A stretch of DNA of 64,000 bases, from positions 2,996 to 66,995 of the forward strand of contig JAGUYM010000011.1 in assembly GCA_020061305.1 (NCBI GenBank), read 5' to 3'. The position numbers and the translations under genes are program-made. How positions within the stretch are numbered: position 1 is the stretch's first letter; every line of letters starts with the position of its first letter. The notes below the pieces were generated by a model, which made no database searches, was not told the origin of the DNA, and was given only the letters and a program-made list of their open reading frames with translations. Of the stretch, positions 48,706-59,146 are shown in pieces. The DNA comes from Candidatus Woesebacteria bacterium. Lineage in GTDB: Bacteria > Patescibacteriota > Microgenomatia > UBA8517.

Positions 48706-49913
48706 GATAGTGCCTCCTCTTTTTTAAACATCATATATGTAATAAGTACAGATACTCCCGCTAAAGCAGAATGGATTATACTTTGTACTCCAAATGGATC
48801 GTAAAACTTTTGAACTACTGTAAATGGAACAGGCAATAAATCAAACCAAGTTGAGTAAATTCTAAAAAGGGATATTGTCATAGATCTATCTGAATAAAAC
48901 ATAGGGATTGATACAGCCAAAAGTGACCACAAAAATACCAGCCATATTAGCTTTGGCTGTTTAATTACCAAAATTATTAAAAAAGGCGCTATCCATAAAA
49001 GCCAAGAGATATGAAAATGCGAAAAAGAAAATAATATCAATAGTAAAATCACAAATAGTTTTAGAAGATTAATTTTTTTCTCATATCTTGCTACATATAA
49101 AAATAATATTGTCAATAAAAATATTCCAATAATCATTGATTCACCAAACCCTATTAAAAAGTTTGGGCTAAAAATACGAGTTGAAAGTCCCGAAACAAGT
49201 GCTGAATCGATAAACGCTGACGACCAAAAAGGAATTAATGAAACAACAAATATAGAAATTGGAATAACTATCGTTAACATTTTTTCTTTAATATTTTTGG
49301 CACTAACAAATAAAAATGGTACAAAAAGTAAAGAATACAGTTTAAAAGCAATAGCAAGCCCAATAAAGACAGAGGCTTTAATTAATTTTTTTTGTCTGAT
49401 ATACAAAAAGGCAATTACAGTTAGTAAAACTGCATATAAATCTATATTTGAAAATGCATAAATTAAAATTATCGTAAATGGATTAAACAACCACAATTCA
49501 AAAGCCTTTTGACTTAATTTTCGGTCCTTGAAAAATTTTAATAATAAATATGCAATCACCACATCCATAATAAGTAGTGGTAATTTAAGTACAATTAAAT
49601 ACCAAAATATATTTGGGTTATTTACAACCGAATTTGCTCCAGCATCTTTAAGCCAACTATCAAATCCATCGCCCAAAAATGGGGCAGCCAACGCTTGATA
49701 ACTTCCGATTGTAAAATAAGTCAATGGGAAATAAACAAATTCCTCTTTTAGGGTTAGATTTGCTTTGTTCTGGATTAAATGTCTATATATATCAGTTACA
49801 CCATCTCTTAAAAAAGATGTTTGAAAAGCGATTATTTTTATATCCGGATGAAATAACAACCCAGAAACTAGTAATCTAAGAATAGCTGCCAAAATTATCA
49901 AATTAATTTTCAT
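48702..49913 (-). CDS. Polytopic membrane protein, DUF2029/GT87-like (tandem paralog 1 of 2)
   Basis: 403 aa and about 11 TM helices. It resembles 49903..51156 in N-terminal pattern and length. Confidence 0.4.
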   Translation of the reverse strand: MKINLIILAAILRLLVSGLLFHPDIKIIAFQTSFLRDGVTDIYRHLIQNKANLTLKEEFVYFPLTYFTIGSYQALAAPFLGDGFDSWLKDAGANSVVNNPNIFWYLIVLKLPLLIMDVVIAYLLLKFFKDRKLSQKAFELWLFNPFTIILIYAFSNIDLYAVLLTVIAFLYIRQKKLIKASVFIGLAIAFKLYSLLFVPFLFVSAKNIKEKMLTIVIPISIFVVSLIPFWSSAFIDSALVSGLSTRIFSPNFLIGFGESMIIGIFLLTILFLYVARYEKKINLLKLFVILLLILFSFSHFHISWLLWIAPFLIILVIKQPKLIWLVFLWSLLAVSIPMFYSDRSMTISLFRIYSTWFDLLPVPFTVVQKFYDPFGVQSIIHSALAGVSVLITYMMFKKEEALS

Positions 49914-51156
49914 TTATTCTTTTAGGGAAATAATGGTAAATATAGTATAAACTGGTTCCTACAAAAATGGTATGAAATATGCTTCTCGCCATATTTATAT
50001 CAATATTCAAACCCAATTGTTGCCATATTCCCACTTGACTATATAGATTTGGACTAATTGGTGCAAATAGCCAAACAGTAAGACCCGCATCGAAAAACGA
50101 GACTAAAAATATAAAACTGGTTAAGACGACTATAAAAAGTGGCCAATGTCTAAATTTTGTAACCACAAGGTCAATCACATAAAAGGGCGTCATCCACAGC
50201 AACCACTGTGGATGAAAATGAGTAAAAATAAAAAAAATTAATAACATCAAAAAGAAATCCTTCCAAATATTTTCATTATTTATTTTTTTGAAGTAAAAAA
50301 CAAAATATAAGAAGACAACTACAGCTAAAAATAAAATTATTGATTCGCCACCAGAAACAGGAATGTTTGCATAAAAACTTTTTGTTGTTTGGTTAGCAAG
50401 AGCAGCTGTCATCCTAAATCCATTAGAGAAAATAAATGGATAAGCAAACAAGACATAAGTTATTCCAGAAATCAAAATTAATTTCACCCTTTCCCAAAAA
50501 CCCGATCTTATTAATGCGAGTGGAATAATTAATAGTAATGGAAATATTTTAAATCCTGCACCGACACCAAGTAGAATCGCACTAATGTATAAATTTGTAT
50601 ATTTGCTTTTAGTTGCCAAAAACATTGCCAAAACAGTTAAAAATGTGGGAATAATATCAAATTGACCAATCATGTAAGTTGCATAAAGATTTATAGGATT
50701 AAATATCCAAAGCGCAAAAACCCATAACTTTTCTTTTTTCTCTTTAAACATTGCCATTAATAGATAGGCAATGGCTATATCAAAAAAGAAATATGGCAAT
50801 TTTAGTAGAAACAACAACAAATTTAATTGAACATCACCGAGAGTAGATTCAAAATCTAGAATAAAATTACTATGTACTACAGGATTCACAACCCATGTTG
50901 TCAAAAGCGATGTTCCACCTAAAAAAAAATAGGGTAAGGGTGGATAATTAAATAAATTTCTTGGATAAATTTTTAAGTATGGATGATCTTCTGGTAAATT
51001 CCAAAGATAATCGTAGAAATTAAAAATATTCCCACTACCAATAACTTTTCCGGCAAAATCAAAGGGTGCAGTATCAGAATGGTATGTTGTTGAAGCTAAA
51101 AATATTCTTAATATTATTCCGATTATTAAAATTGTTGATAAAATTCTATTTCCCAT
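49903..51156 (-). CDS. Polytopic membrane protein, DUF2029/GT87-like (tandem paralog 2 of 2)
   Basis: 417 aa and about 11 TM helices. Confidence 0.4.
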   Translation of the reverse strand: MGNRILSTILIIGIILRIFLASTTYHSDTAPFDFAGKVIGSGNIFNFYDYLWNLPEDHPYLKIYPRNLFNYPPLPYFFLGGTSLLTTWVVNPVVHSNFILDFESTLGDVQLNLLLFLLKLPYFFFDIAIAYLLMAMFKEKKEKLWVFALWIFNPINLYATYMIGQFDIIPTFLTVLAMFLATKSKYTNLYISAILLGVGAGFKIFPLLLIIPLALIRSGFWERVKLILISGITYVLFAYPFIFSNGFRMTAALANQTTKSFYANIPVSGGESIILFLAVVVFLYFVFYFKKINNENIWKDFFLMLLIFFIFTHFHPQWLLWMTPFYVIDLVVTKFRHWPLFIVVLTSFIFLVSFFDAGLTVWLFAPISPNLYSQVGIWQQLGLNIDINMARSIFHTIFVGTSLYYIYHYFPKRINEN

Positions 51157-52762
51157 TTTTCTTAATTAATAAATAAATTACTGAGACAAACGAGGTAAGT
51201 GATATCAAATCAAATATAAATCTCATTAATGACTCGCCATATTTTACTTCTACTAAGTGACTACCACTAGGTACCAAAAATGAAATCTGGCCGTATGGTT
51301 TACTTGAGATCATTTCAACTTTTTTCCCATCAACTGTAACTTTCCAGCCAGGATAGCTGTATTTATTATAGCTTAATACAAAATCGATATCACTTTCTGT
51401 AATAATCTTTGCGTTTAGTGGATTTAATTCTTCAATCACAAATCTTACATCCTGTTCATTAGTATATGCTCTTGGATAATTTCTTTCAGGTCTTTTTTCT
51501 GCTTCTTTTGGCAATCTTAAATATTCTTCAGATGTTTTTTTATATTCTTCACTTGCAGTCGGAAATGGAATGTATCTATTAATATAGTAGTCATCTTTCC
51601 TCCCTAAGTATTCGCTTGTTTTAAAATAATTAAAGTTTAAACATATACTTCCGGCAATAACTATAAATGGTAAATATTTATAACTTTTAAACTTTGAAAA
51701 AGCAATTAAAAAAAATGGGCTCACTAAGGTAATCATCGCCAAAAATCTCCAAGGAAACTGAAAATAAGGAAGAAATGGCAAGTTTTGCCAAATCCATGCA
51801 GATCTAAAGTTCATCATAAATATACTTGTTAAAGCCACAGCGGTACTCCACAACAAAATTATTTTTTCAGAACCTATATATTTTTTGAGTCTAATCAAAA
51901 AGATAGTTGAACCTAATAGTATTACAGCCAAGCCTACCATACCCACATAAAACGACATTGTGTCATAATTTCCAGGAACAGAGGCCCCATATCCCCAATA
52001 TGGAGTAATAAATTGTTTCAATGCAGGAAAATGATCATAAAAGTTGAACACTGTATCATATTTCATCAACCGACTTTCAATTATTGCCGGTACCCAAAAA
52101 TAACTAGATACTAAAAGTCCAAGTAGTATGCCTTTTAAAGAAACCCAAAATGACTTGTTTAGGATAACAAATAATAATAAAAATGACATGAACATATAGG
52201 CCATAATATTGTGAGACAGAACCAAACCCGCAACAGATAATGCCAAAATATATGGATTTTTCTTAATAACAGAAAGAACAATCATTGGAAAGAAAACAAA
52301 AGCCACAATCTCACCTATTGTTCCCCTAACAAACATCTCCAATGCGCGATACGGTGCGTAGACATACAAAACTGCACCAGCCAGTGCCCAGTCTTCTTTC
52401 ATATAAATTTTTAAAAGTTTATACATGAAGTACATAGAAAGAGGGATAGACAATCCAAAAACAAGTTTTACACTATTAACTAGTGAGAAACCAATGAGAT
52501 GAAATAGCTCTGCTACATAAAACGGGAGCGGGTAAACAAAAGTAAAAAGCGGATAACCAAAACCATAGCTTAAATCAGGAACAAAGCGTGGTGGGAATTG
52601 TCCCATTTTAACCACCCTATCCATTTCAAATAACCAGCCGATATGAAGATCATCTGAAACTCCAAAATAGCCTTGCACAAAAAGGTACCTAACAGCAGGA
52701 ATTGAAAGCATAATAACTATGTAGCAAATATATTTAGATATTAATTTTTGTATTTTCTCCAT
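51146..52762 (-). CDS. Polytopic membrane protein with C-terminal beta domain, PTPS-related/YfhO-like GT-C family (tandem paralog 1 of 3)
   Basis: Carries the shared motif GYFGVSDDLHIGWLFEMDRVVKMGQFPPRFVPDLSYGFGYPLFTF. The C-terminal roughly 120 aa are soluble, followed by a terminal TM. Confidence 0.45.
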   Translation of the reverse strand: MEKIQKLISKYICYIVIMLSIPAVRYLFVQGYFGVSDDLHIGWLFEMDRVVKMGQFPPRFVPDLSYGFGYPLFTFVYPLPFYVAELFHLIGFSLVNSVKLVFGLSIPLSMYFMYKLLKIYMKEDWALAGAVLYVYAPYRALEMFVRGTIGEIVAFVFFPMIVLSVIKKNPYILALSVAGLVLSHNIMAYMFMSFLLLFVILNKSFWVSLKGILLGLLVSSYFWVPAIIESRLMKYDTVFNFYDHFPALKQFITPYWGYGASVPGNYDTMSFYVGMVGLAVILLGSTIFLIRLKKYIGSEKIILLWSTAVALTSIFMMNFRSAWIWQNLPFLPYFQFPWRFLAMITLVSPFFLIAFSKFKSYKYLPFIVIAGSICLNFNYFKTSEYLGRKDDYYINRYIPFPTASEEYKKTSEEYLRLPKEAEKRPERNYPRAYTNEQDVRFVIEELNPLNAKIITESDIDFVLSYNKYSYPGWKVTVDGKKVEMISSKPYGQISFLVPSGSHLVEVKYGESLMRFIFDLISLTSFVSVIYLLIKKNGK

Positions 52763-54357
52763 ATTATTATTCCCAATATTAAACTGGCCAGTGTTGTTAT
52801 ATTTGCAAAAGTTCTAATCAATGTATTTCTAAATTTACCCAAAACTTCATATTCTCCTTCTTTCAAATCAAAAGATATTCTACCTAATGGATTATCATGG
52901 TTAGATGGATATAATTTTCCATCAACATAAACTTCCCAATTAGGGAAATAATAAATTGGAACTTCGATTTTTGATTCTTCACTAACTTTTATCTTAAAAC
53001 TAAAACTATTTGATTTGATGGCAAAGTCTTTAACTTCCGCTTTTCCTGACACTACAATCGGGGTTTTCTGAGCGGCCTCTCTTGGTTCTAAAGCTGTTTT
53101 TGGCAAATAATCTAAAATGGCTCCCCTCTTTTGCAAATCCCATGCTTCACCTGTTATTTTTTGTTGCTCGCTAATATTATAAACTTCTCTTGGTTTAAAA
53201 TAACTCCAGTTCAATACCATTGTTGTAAATATAATAATAGTTGCCAAATACAACTGCATTTTTTCTTTAAAAGATAATACTACGAAACCACCTAAAATAG
53301 AGGATGTCAAAATAGAAAGTGATAGAAATCTCCAAGGAAACTGAAAATATGTAAGTATTGGAAACATTTCCCAAATAAAAGTTGACTTGTTGTGTGTCAT
53401 GAAGATAGAAAATACAAACAGTAGTAAGCAGAATATAGCAAGTAGCCTGTTTTTTTTGTTCTTATTAAACGGAATAAACAGTAAGGATAAAAACACAAGA
53501 ACCCAGTGTGGCCAGCCAATAGAAAAATTCATCCCGCCTTCAGGTCCAGGTATTGATGTTCCATAGCCCCAGTCCCTATCTAAAAAAAGCTGCTTTACAC
53601 TAACAAAATTAGCTCTATAGTCCAGCTCAAATCTAGTTAGACTCTCAGTCTGAACTAGATCTTTTTCCAAAAACGCAGGTAGCACAAAAAAAGCTGACAA
53701 TCCAAACGCTATTACAATAGCGATTGTAAAAGACTTTATGCTTTTTAAATTATCATTAAATACTAAGTAAATAACCCACAATACAACAACAGGTAAAAAT
53801 ACTATTGTCATGATATTGTGTGTTATCAGAAATATAAATAAAAATATTGTAAATAGCTTGAAATTTTTCTTGTATGCAAAATACAATACAAATGGAATTA
53901 TAGTTAACGCCATGCTTTCGGCCAAAGCACCTCTGACATAAACATCCAAAGCTTTATATGGTGCAATCATGTAAAGAACTGCAGAAGTTAATCCTGCATA
54001 TCTACCCCACAATTCCTTAATCAAAAGATATAATCCAAAACTACCAGCAATTAAGCTTAAGAAAAATAAAATTTTAGAAGCAACCAAATAACCCGTTAGA
54101 AAACTAATAACTGCACCTAAATAGTAGGTAAATACCCCGTAAAAGTTAAAAAGCGGAAATCCATTTCCCCATCCCATATCAGGAACCCAACGGCAAGGGA
54201 TTTGAAAATCAGCAAAACACTTCCTCATCTCCACAAGTCTTATAACCTGCAAATCGTCTTGATGAGAAAAATAACCACTTTTAAACAACGGCCACGAAAT
54301 TGATAGCCCCAAAATAAAAATTAATATTAGTTGCCAGTGTTTAAGTATTTTTTCCAT
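52741..54357 (-). CDS. Polytopic membrane protein, same family (tandem paralog 2 of 3)
   Basis: Carries the shared motif GYFSHQDDLQVIRLVEMRKCFADFQIPCRWVPDMGWGNGFPLFNFY. Confidence 0.45.
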   Translation of the reverse strand: MEKILKHWQLILIFILGLSISWPLFKSGYFSHQDDLQVIRLVEMRKCFADFQIPCRWVPDMGWGNGFPLFNFYGVFTYYLGAVISFLTGYLVASKILFFLSLIAGSFGLYLLIKELWGRYAGLTSAVLYMIAPYKALDVYVRGALAESMALTIIPFVLYFAYKKNFKLFTIFLFIFLITHNIMTIVFLPVVVLWVIYLVFNDNLKSIKSFTIAIVIAFGLSAFFVLPAFLEKDLVQTESLTRFELDYRANFVSVKQLFLDRDWGYGTSIPGPEGGMNFSIGWPHWVLVFLSLLFIPFNKNKKNRLLAIFCLLLFVFSIFMTHNKSTFIWEMFPILTYFQFPWRFLSLSILTSSILGGFVVLSFKEKMQLYLATIIIFTTMVLNWSYFKPREVYNISEQQKITGEAWDLQKRGAILDYLPKTALEPREAAQKTPIVVSGKAEVKDFAIKSNSFSFKIKVSEESKIEVPIYYFPNWEVYVDGKLYPSNHDNPLGRISFDLKEGEYEVLGKFRNTLIRTFANITTLASLILGIIIWRKYKN

Positions 54358-56014
54358 TTTTCTTGATTAGTAATACAACTAATATAATTATACTAATTAA
54401 TGTAATATAATTTCCCAATCTTCTAACTGGTGTATCTGTTAGTTCTACTTCAATTTTATACTCTCCTTTGGGTAATTTAAATGAAATTAGACCATAACAA
54501 AAATCATGCCCCCTGCAGTCATTGTTATAATGTTCTATTTTTTTACCATCTACCCTAACCACCATTCCTGGGAAATCAAAAAGTGGAAGTCTAATCGAAG
54601 CATCTTCTTCGACATTGATTACCCCATATTGAAAATCACTTCCCTTTTTGTATTCCAATACCTTAGCCTTACCATCCATAATTTCAGGAATTGCGGGAGC
54701 CTCATTAATGGGGGGTAAACTTGCTGATTTTGGTAAATAATCAAAAATTGAAATTGTCATTTGTTTTTGCCAACTAACGCCAGAGAATTTATCCCTATCT
54801 GTGATATTTAACCAATCTTTAGGTACAAAAAAAGAGATATTGGTAAGTATTGCAATTATGATTACAGCCATCCCTAATATGTATTTATACTTTCCCGATT
54901 GATATATAAAATAGCCTGCAAGCAAACACAATAAAAATATACTGATGGCTAAAAATCTCCAAGGAAATTGCATATACCATAAAAATGGCAATTTGGCCCA
55001 TATAAAACTTGATTTCATATGAATCATAAAAATTGAAAACATGGTAGTAAGTAATATGTAGAATGTAGTAAGCGATAAAACTTTATTTTTTTTGAAATTA
55101 AAGACTGATAAAATTCCGGCACCGAGTCCAACTACCCATTGCACAATTCCGAGTGATAGATTTAATTTTTCGTTAGGAAAGCCAGAAGATCCATACCCCC
55201 ATTCTGTTGATATAAATAATTTTTGCAAACTAACAAAATGTGCACGGTAATCAAAATAACCAGAAAGCATACTCTCGATATGCACAAATTGGCGTTCAAA
55301 AGCAACCGGCAAAAGATAGAATGCAGAAATCCCTAAACCCAGCAATCCCGCCCAAATAATTTTTACCAAATTTTTCCATTTTTCAAGATATAACCAGTAC
55401 AACGCCCAGATAACTGCAACAGGCGCAAAAATCAAGGTCATCAAGGTGTGAGTTGTCGTAAGAAGTCCTATCGCCATACCAAGTAACAATACAAAAGAAG
55501 TTTTGTTGGTTTTGATTACTTTATATATTAAATAAAAAATTAAGGGAAAAAATATTTGTGCCCAAAATTCACTTAATGCACCACGAACATAAACCTCAAC
55601 AGCTTTGTAGGGAATGTATGTATATAATACTGCTGATACAAATCCAGCCCATTTGTTTTTAAGCAATTCGCTAACTAGCAAAAACATTGTTAATGCGGAA
55701 AGCAAATAACCCGCAATAAATAGTATTTTTACAGTATCAATGTATTGGATTCCAAATCTATGTAAAATTGCCCCAACATAATAAGGTGTCGGTGGGTAAT
55801 AATTAAACTGAGGGTAACCATAGCCATAACCGGCGTCAGGAATCCAACGACAAGGAATTTGAAAGTCCTCAAAACAATTGTTCATTTGTTGAACACGAAA
55901 CGCCTGCAAGTCATCCTGCATTGAAAAATAACCGGGTTTCATCAAACTCCAAATAGAAGGCAATGTTAATACAACAAGAAGCAGATACCACCCAAATTTT
56001 TTAAACTTAACCAT
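54341..56014 (-). CDS. Polytopic membrane protein, same family (tandem paralog 3 of 3)
   Basis: Carries the shared motif GYFSMQDDLQAFRVQQMNNCFEDFQIPCRWIPDAGYGYGYPQFNYY. Confidence 0.45.
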   Translation of the reverse strand: MVKFKKFGWYLLLVVLTLPSIWSLMKPGYFSMQDDLQAFRVQQMNNCFEDFQIPCRWIPDAGYGYGYPQFNYYPPTPYYVGAILHRFGIQYIDTVKILFIAGYLLSALTMFLLVSELLKNKWAGFVSAVLYTYIPYKAVEVYVRGALSEFWAQIFFPLIFYLIYKVIKTNKTSFVLLLGMAIGLLTTTHTLMTLIFAPVAVIWALYWLYLEKWKNLVKIIWAGLLGLGISAFYLLPVAFERQFVHIESMLSGYFDYRAHFVSLQKLFISTEWGYGSSGFPNEKLNLSLGIVQWVVGLGAGILSVFNFKKNKVLSLTTFYILLTTMFSIFMIHMKSSFIWAKLPFLWYMQFPWRFLAISIFLLCLLAGYFIYQSGKYKYILGMAVIIIAILTNISFFVPKDWLNITDRDKFSGVSWQKQMTISIFDYLPKSASLPPINEAPAIPEIMDGKAKVLEYKKGSDFQYGVINVEEDASIRLPLFDFPGMVVRVDGKKIEHYNNDCRGHDFCYGLISFKLPKGEYKIEVELTDTPVRRLGNYITLISIIILVVLLIKKNGKNT

Positions 56015-56045
56015 GTATATATCTTACTACAATTAGGCAGAACGA

Positions 56046-56933
56046 CTAAATCTTTAAAAAGACCGCCTCATCGCTGACTATTGACGCCTTCTTTTGCTTC
56101 TTTCGTTCTTTTATAAGAACTGATAGTTTAAGTAAGGCAAAAAAAACAATTTTAATGTAGCCCGGGTGCTCAAATACTCTTTTTATAACCCCTCGCAAAT
56201 GTTTTTTAAACATATTTGGACTATGAATGTTCTTCCAAATCATCAAAAGCTGATTCCTTTCCCTTATTATATCAACCTTTTTTTGATTTAATTTGGAAAT
56301 AGTAGATTCATGTTTATGATTTACTTTTGAATCAGGATCCCATAAACAATAGTAGCCTTGTTTGTATGCTCTATAACATAGATCTAAATCTTCCCAATAA
56401 TACGGTGATAATAAATTCTCGTCCAGCCCTCCCAATTCTTTCCACACTTCTTTTTTAAAAACTCCGCTTCCACCACTGACATAAAAGGATCTTTTAGATT
56501 TATTGTCTTCTTTTCCCATTGAAAGCTCTATGTAACCGTCCTTAAAATTGCCAACGGCAGGACCATAACCCCTCTCGTGCATTGATATTCCAAATAATTT
56601 TTTGTCATCGTTAAATAATTTTTGAATAGAAATTAAAAAATCATGACTTGGAGAAACATCGTTATTTAATAAAACTAATAAATCTCCCTTAGCAGATCTT
56701 GCTCCAGTGTTGGTTGTGGCTGAAAAGCCCCTGTTTTTTGTGTGTTTAATTAGATTAATTTCTGATTTAAGACTATTTAAGTAAATCAAACTATCATCTG
56801 TTGAAAAATCATCAACGACAATTATTTCCTGTATATTATTTTTTGGATTATTTTTTGCAGATATTACTGCAGGTAAGTTTTTCTCAAGTAGTTCTTTACC
56901 ATTGTAATTTGTAATTATTATTGATGCTTTCAT
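56046..56933 (-). CDS. GT2 family glycosyltransferase
   Basis: ASIIITNYNGKELL...IIVVDDFSTDDS...LLVLLNNDVSP. Confidence 0.7.
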   Translation of the reverse strand: MKASIIITNYNGKELLEKNLPAVISAKNNPKNNIQEIIVVDDFSTDDSLIYLNSLKSEINLIKHTKNRGFSATTNTGARSAKGDLLVLLNNDVSPSHDFLISIQKLFNDDKKLFGISMHERGYGPAVGNFKDGYIELSMGKEDNKSKRSFYVSGGSGVFKKEVWKELGGLDENLLSPYYWEDLDLCYRAYKQGYYCLWDPDSKVNHKHESTISKLNQKKVDIIRERNQLLMIWKNIHSPNMFKKHLRGVIKRVFEHPGYIKIVFFALLKLSVLIKERKKQKKASIVSDEAVFLKI

Positions 56934-57583
56934 TGTGTTTTTCTAACCTTAATTAAGTGTAACATTCCAAGATTAAATTTTTTATTAACCTCAATCTTAA
57001 AACCTGCTTTTTTGACGGCAGTAACTAGATAATTATTCCTATATGTTTGAATATGTGTATCTCTCCAAACCCACCCTCTTGGATAGAAATGAAGCCACAA
57101 CCACCAAACAATTTTGAATAAATTATTATCAGACGGAACCAAAAATACTCCATAGCCGCCCTTTTTCATAACCCTCTTAAACTCTTTAAAGACTTTCATA
57201 GGATCAGCAACATGCTCTAAAGCCTCAAGACAAAAAACTGCATCAAAGTAATTGTTAGCAAAAGGCAATTTGTGTGCATCACCTACTGTAAATTTCATTC
57301 TTTTATTTTTTGCCCAATGCTTTTTTGCCCAAGCTATCGAAGTCTTAACCACATCAAGACCAATAAATTTTTTAGGATTAATTTTCTTAAAAATAACGTT
57401 TGAAAAAACTCCATCCGCACAACCTACATCTAATACAAATTCTGCAGGTGTCGCCACTTTCCTAACTTCTCTAAACCTGGTGTTATGCCAGATTCTTTGG
57501 AAAAAATCTTTTTTTAAACTTTGATGGTACCAATCAGCAGGTACATGTTCATGTAAATTTTCTGCAATCTTTTTTGTATCCAT
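56930..57583 (-). CDS. Class I SAM-dependent methyltransferase
   Basis: Motif I VLDVGCADGVFSNVI, acidic GLDVV, and MKKGGYGVFLVPS. Confidence 0.7.
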   Translation of the reverse strand: MDTKKIAENLHEHVPADWYHQSLKKDFFQRIWHNTRFREVRKVATPAEFVLDVGCADGVFSNVIFKKINPKKFIGLDVVKTSIAWAKKHWAKNKRMKFTVGDAHKLPFANNYFDAVFCLEALEHVADPMKVFKEFKRVMKKGGYGVFLVPSDNNLFKIVWWLWLHFYPRGWVWRDTHIQTYRNNYLVTAVKKAGFKIEVNKKFNLGMLHLIKVRKTQ

Positions 57584-57607
57584 AATTTAGTAATCTTAAT
57601 TGGCAGT

Positions 57608-59146
57608 TTACCTTATTTTGATTCTTTTTTGTATTATGATTCCGTCAAACACTTTTTGTTCAAGAACTTTTGATCTTGAATTTTCTTCGTCCATTGATTC
57701 TTTAATATATTTTAAGGGTATCCCGCCCGATGGTTCTATTATCAAATAATATATTTTTGTATCCCTTGGTGTTTTTTCAAGATTGTCTCCCCAATATCCA
57801 ACCTGATCTTTACCGTGCCAGTAAGGTAGATAGCCATATTTTTTGTAACCATATTGATTATAAAGTGCCGACCAAGTTGTATTTAACCAAAGCGGTGCGG
57901 TAACAGTATTAATACTAAAACTTTTTCCTTCCGCTGTAGTGTAAGTATAATCAATAGCTTGAAATAAATTTGAGAGTAACATCTGCTGACGAACGGCAAA
58001 AATAGTTTGACCCGATCCGTTTTTGTTTACAACTGTTCTAATATTTGAAAATATGATTAAACCGGTCAAAAGAAGAGATAAAATTTTGCTTTTTAGATAC
58101 AATTTTGATAAAAATATGGCCATTAATATGCAAGCCGCACTCCCAATTCCTACTGCAATATATGGGGTCATTAATCCACCCAAGTAAAATAACCAAATAT
58201 GAGAGGTTAGAAATAAAAACAAAAATAGTTGATAACTCGATTTTTTCTTTTTGGCCTTAGCCAATGACAATAATAAAAATAAAATCAAAGAAACTGTAAT
58301 TAGTTTACCAACAGCCAAGCTAATGGGGAATAAATTCAAATTAAAAACATTTGTAAGTTGATTAAAATAGATTTCTACAAAATCAAAAAATGTTTTTGAG
58401 CTAGCAATTTTGTCACCCCCAGTCAACAAATATTCAAGACCATGAATACCCTGAAAGCCAAACTTAATCTCAGAAATGATTAGTGTAGAAACGCCAACTA
58501 CCAATCCAAAAATGCTCTTTAAAATTTCCTTTAATTTCAAACTATTTCTGTTTAAAAAAATCCAAATAATAATTGGAAACAGATGGTAAATTAAAAATAA
58601 ATCAGATTGCACACTTAAACCCAAAAATAAACCCGTTAAAAACGAGAAAATTCTTTTGCTTTTAATTGTCCAAAGCCATAATGATAAATATGTTAAAGGA
58701 ACAAACCAAACAGCCATGGCAGGGTTTGATAACCAAAGCGCATATTGTGAAGCCTCAAACGAAAAGGTAAAAAGTAAAGATGATAGAAACGAAGCCCGCC
58801 TGTCCCTGGTTAGATAGAAACAAAGAAAGTAAATAATAATTATTGTGAAACTACTAAATAGAGAAAGCCACACAAATGGGGCTGTTAAACTACTATCCCA
58901 AACCAAATATGGAATAAGTAAAAAGTATAAGAACAAGACTCCATGATAAAGTCCCGGAGCGTTAGCAGGAAGTCCTTGAATTTTGAAATCTCCATTAATA
59001 ATTTCTTTTACTACAAATAAATCTCTAGCTTGATCAAACATAAAATTAACTGCAAACTTATTTGTATATAGATTTCGAATAAAAAAACCTAGTATAAATA
59101 AAGAGATTAGAATTAAGGTCGTTTTGCTTGAAACAAACTTTTTCAT
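57608..59146 (-). CDS. GT-C-like polytopic membrane glycosyltransferase (ArnT/PMT-like)
   Basis: 512 aa and about 12 TM helices, with an N-terminal acidic loop FMFDQARDLFVVKEI. The C-terminal roughly 120 aa are soluble. Confidence 0.45.
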   Translation of the reverse strand: MKKFVSSKTTLILISLFILGFFIRNLYTNKFAVNFMFDQARDLFVVKEIINGDFKIQGLPANAPGLYHGVLFLYFLLIPYLVWDSSLTAPFVWLSLFSSFTIIIIYFLCFYLTRDRRASFLSSLLFTFSFEASQYALWLSNPAMAVWFVPLTYLSLWLWTIKSKRIFSFLTGLFLGLSVQSDLFLIYHLFPIIIWIFLNRNSLKLKEILKSIFGLVVGVSTLIISEIKFGFQGIHGLEYLLTGGDKIASSKTFFDFVEIYFNQLTNVFNLNLFPISLAVGKLITVSLILFLLLSLAKAKKKKSSYQLFLFLFLTSHIWLFYLGGLMTPYIAVGIGSAACILMAIFLSKLYLKSKILSLLLTGLIIFSNIRTVVNKNGSGQTIFAVRQQMLLSNLFQAIDYTYTTAEGKSFSINTVTAPLWLNTTWSALYNQYGYKKYGYLPYWHGKDQVGYWGDNLEKTPRDTKIYYLIIEPSGGIPLKYIKESMDEENSRSKVLEQKVFDGIIIQKRIKIR

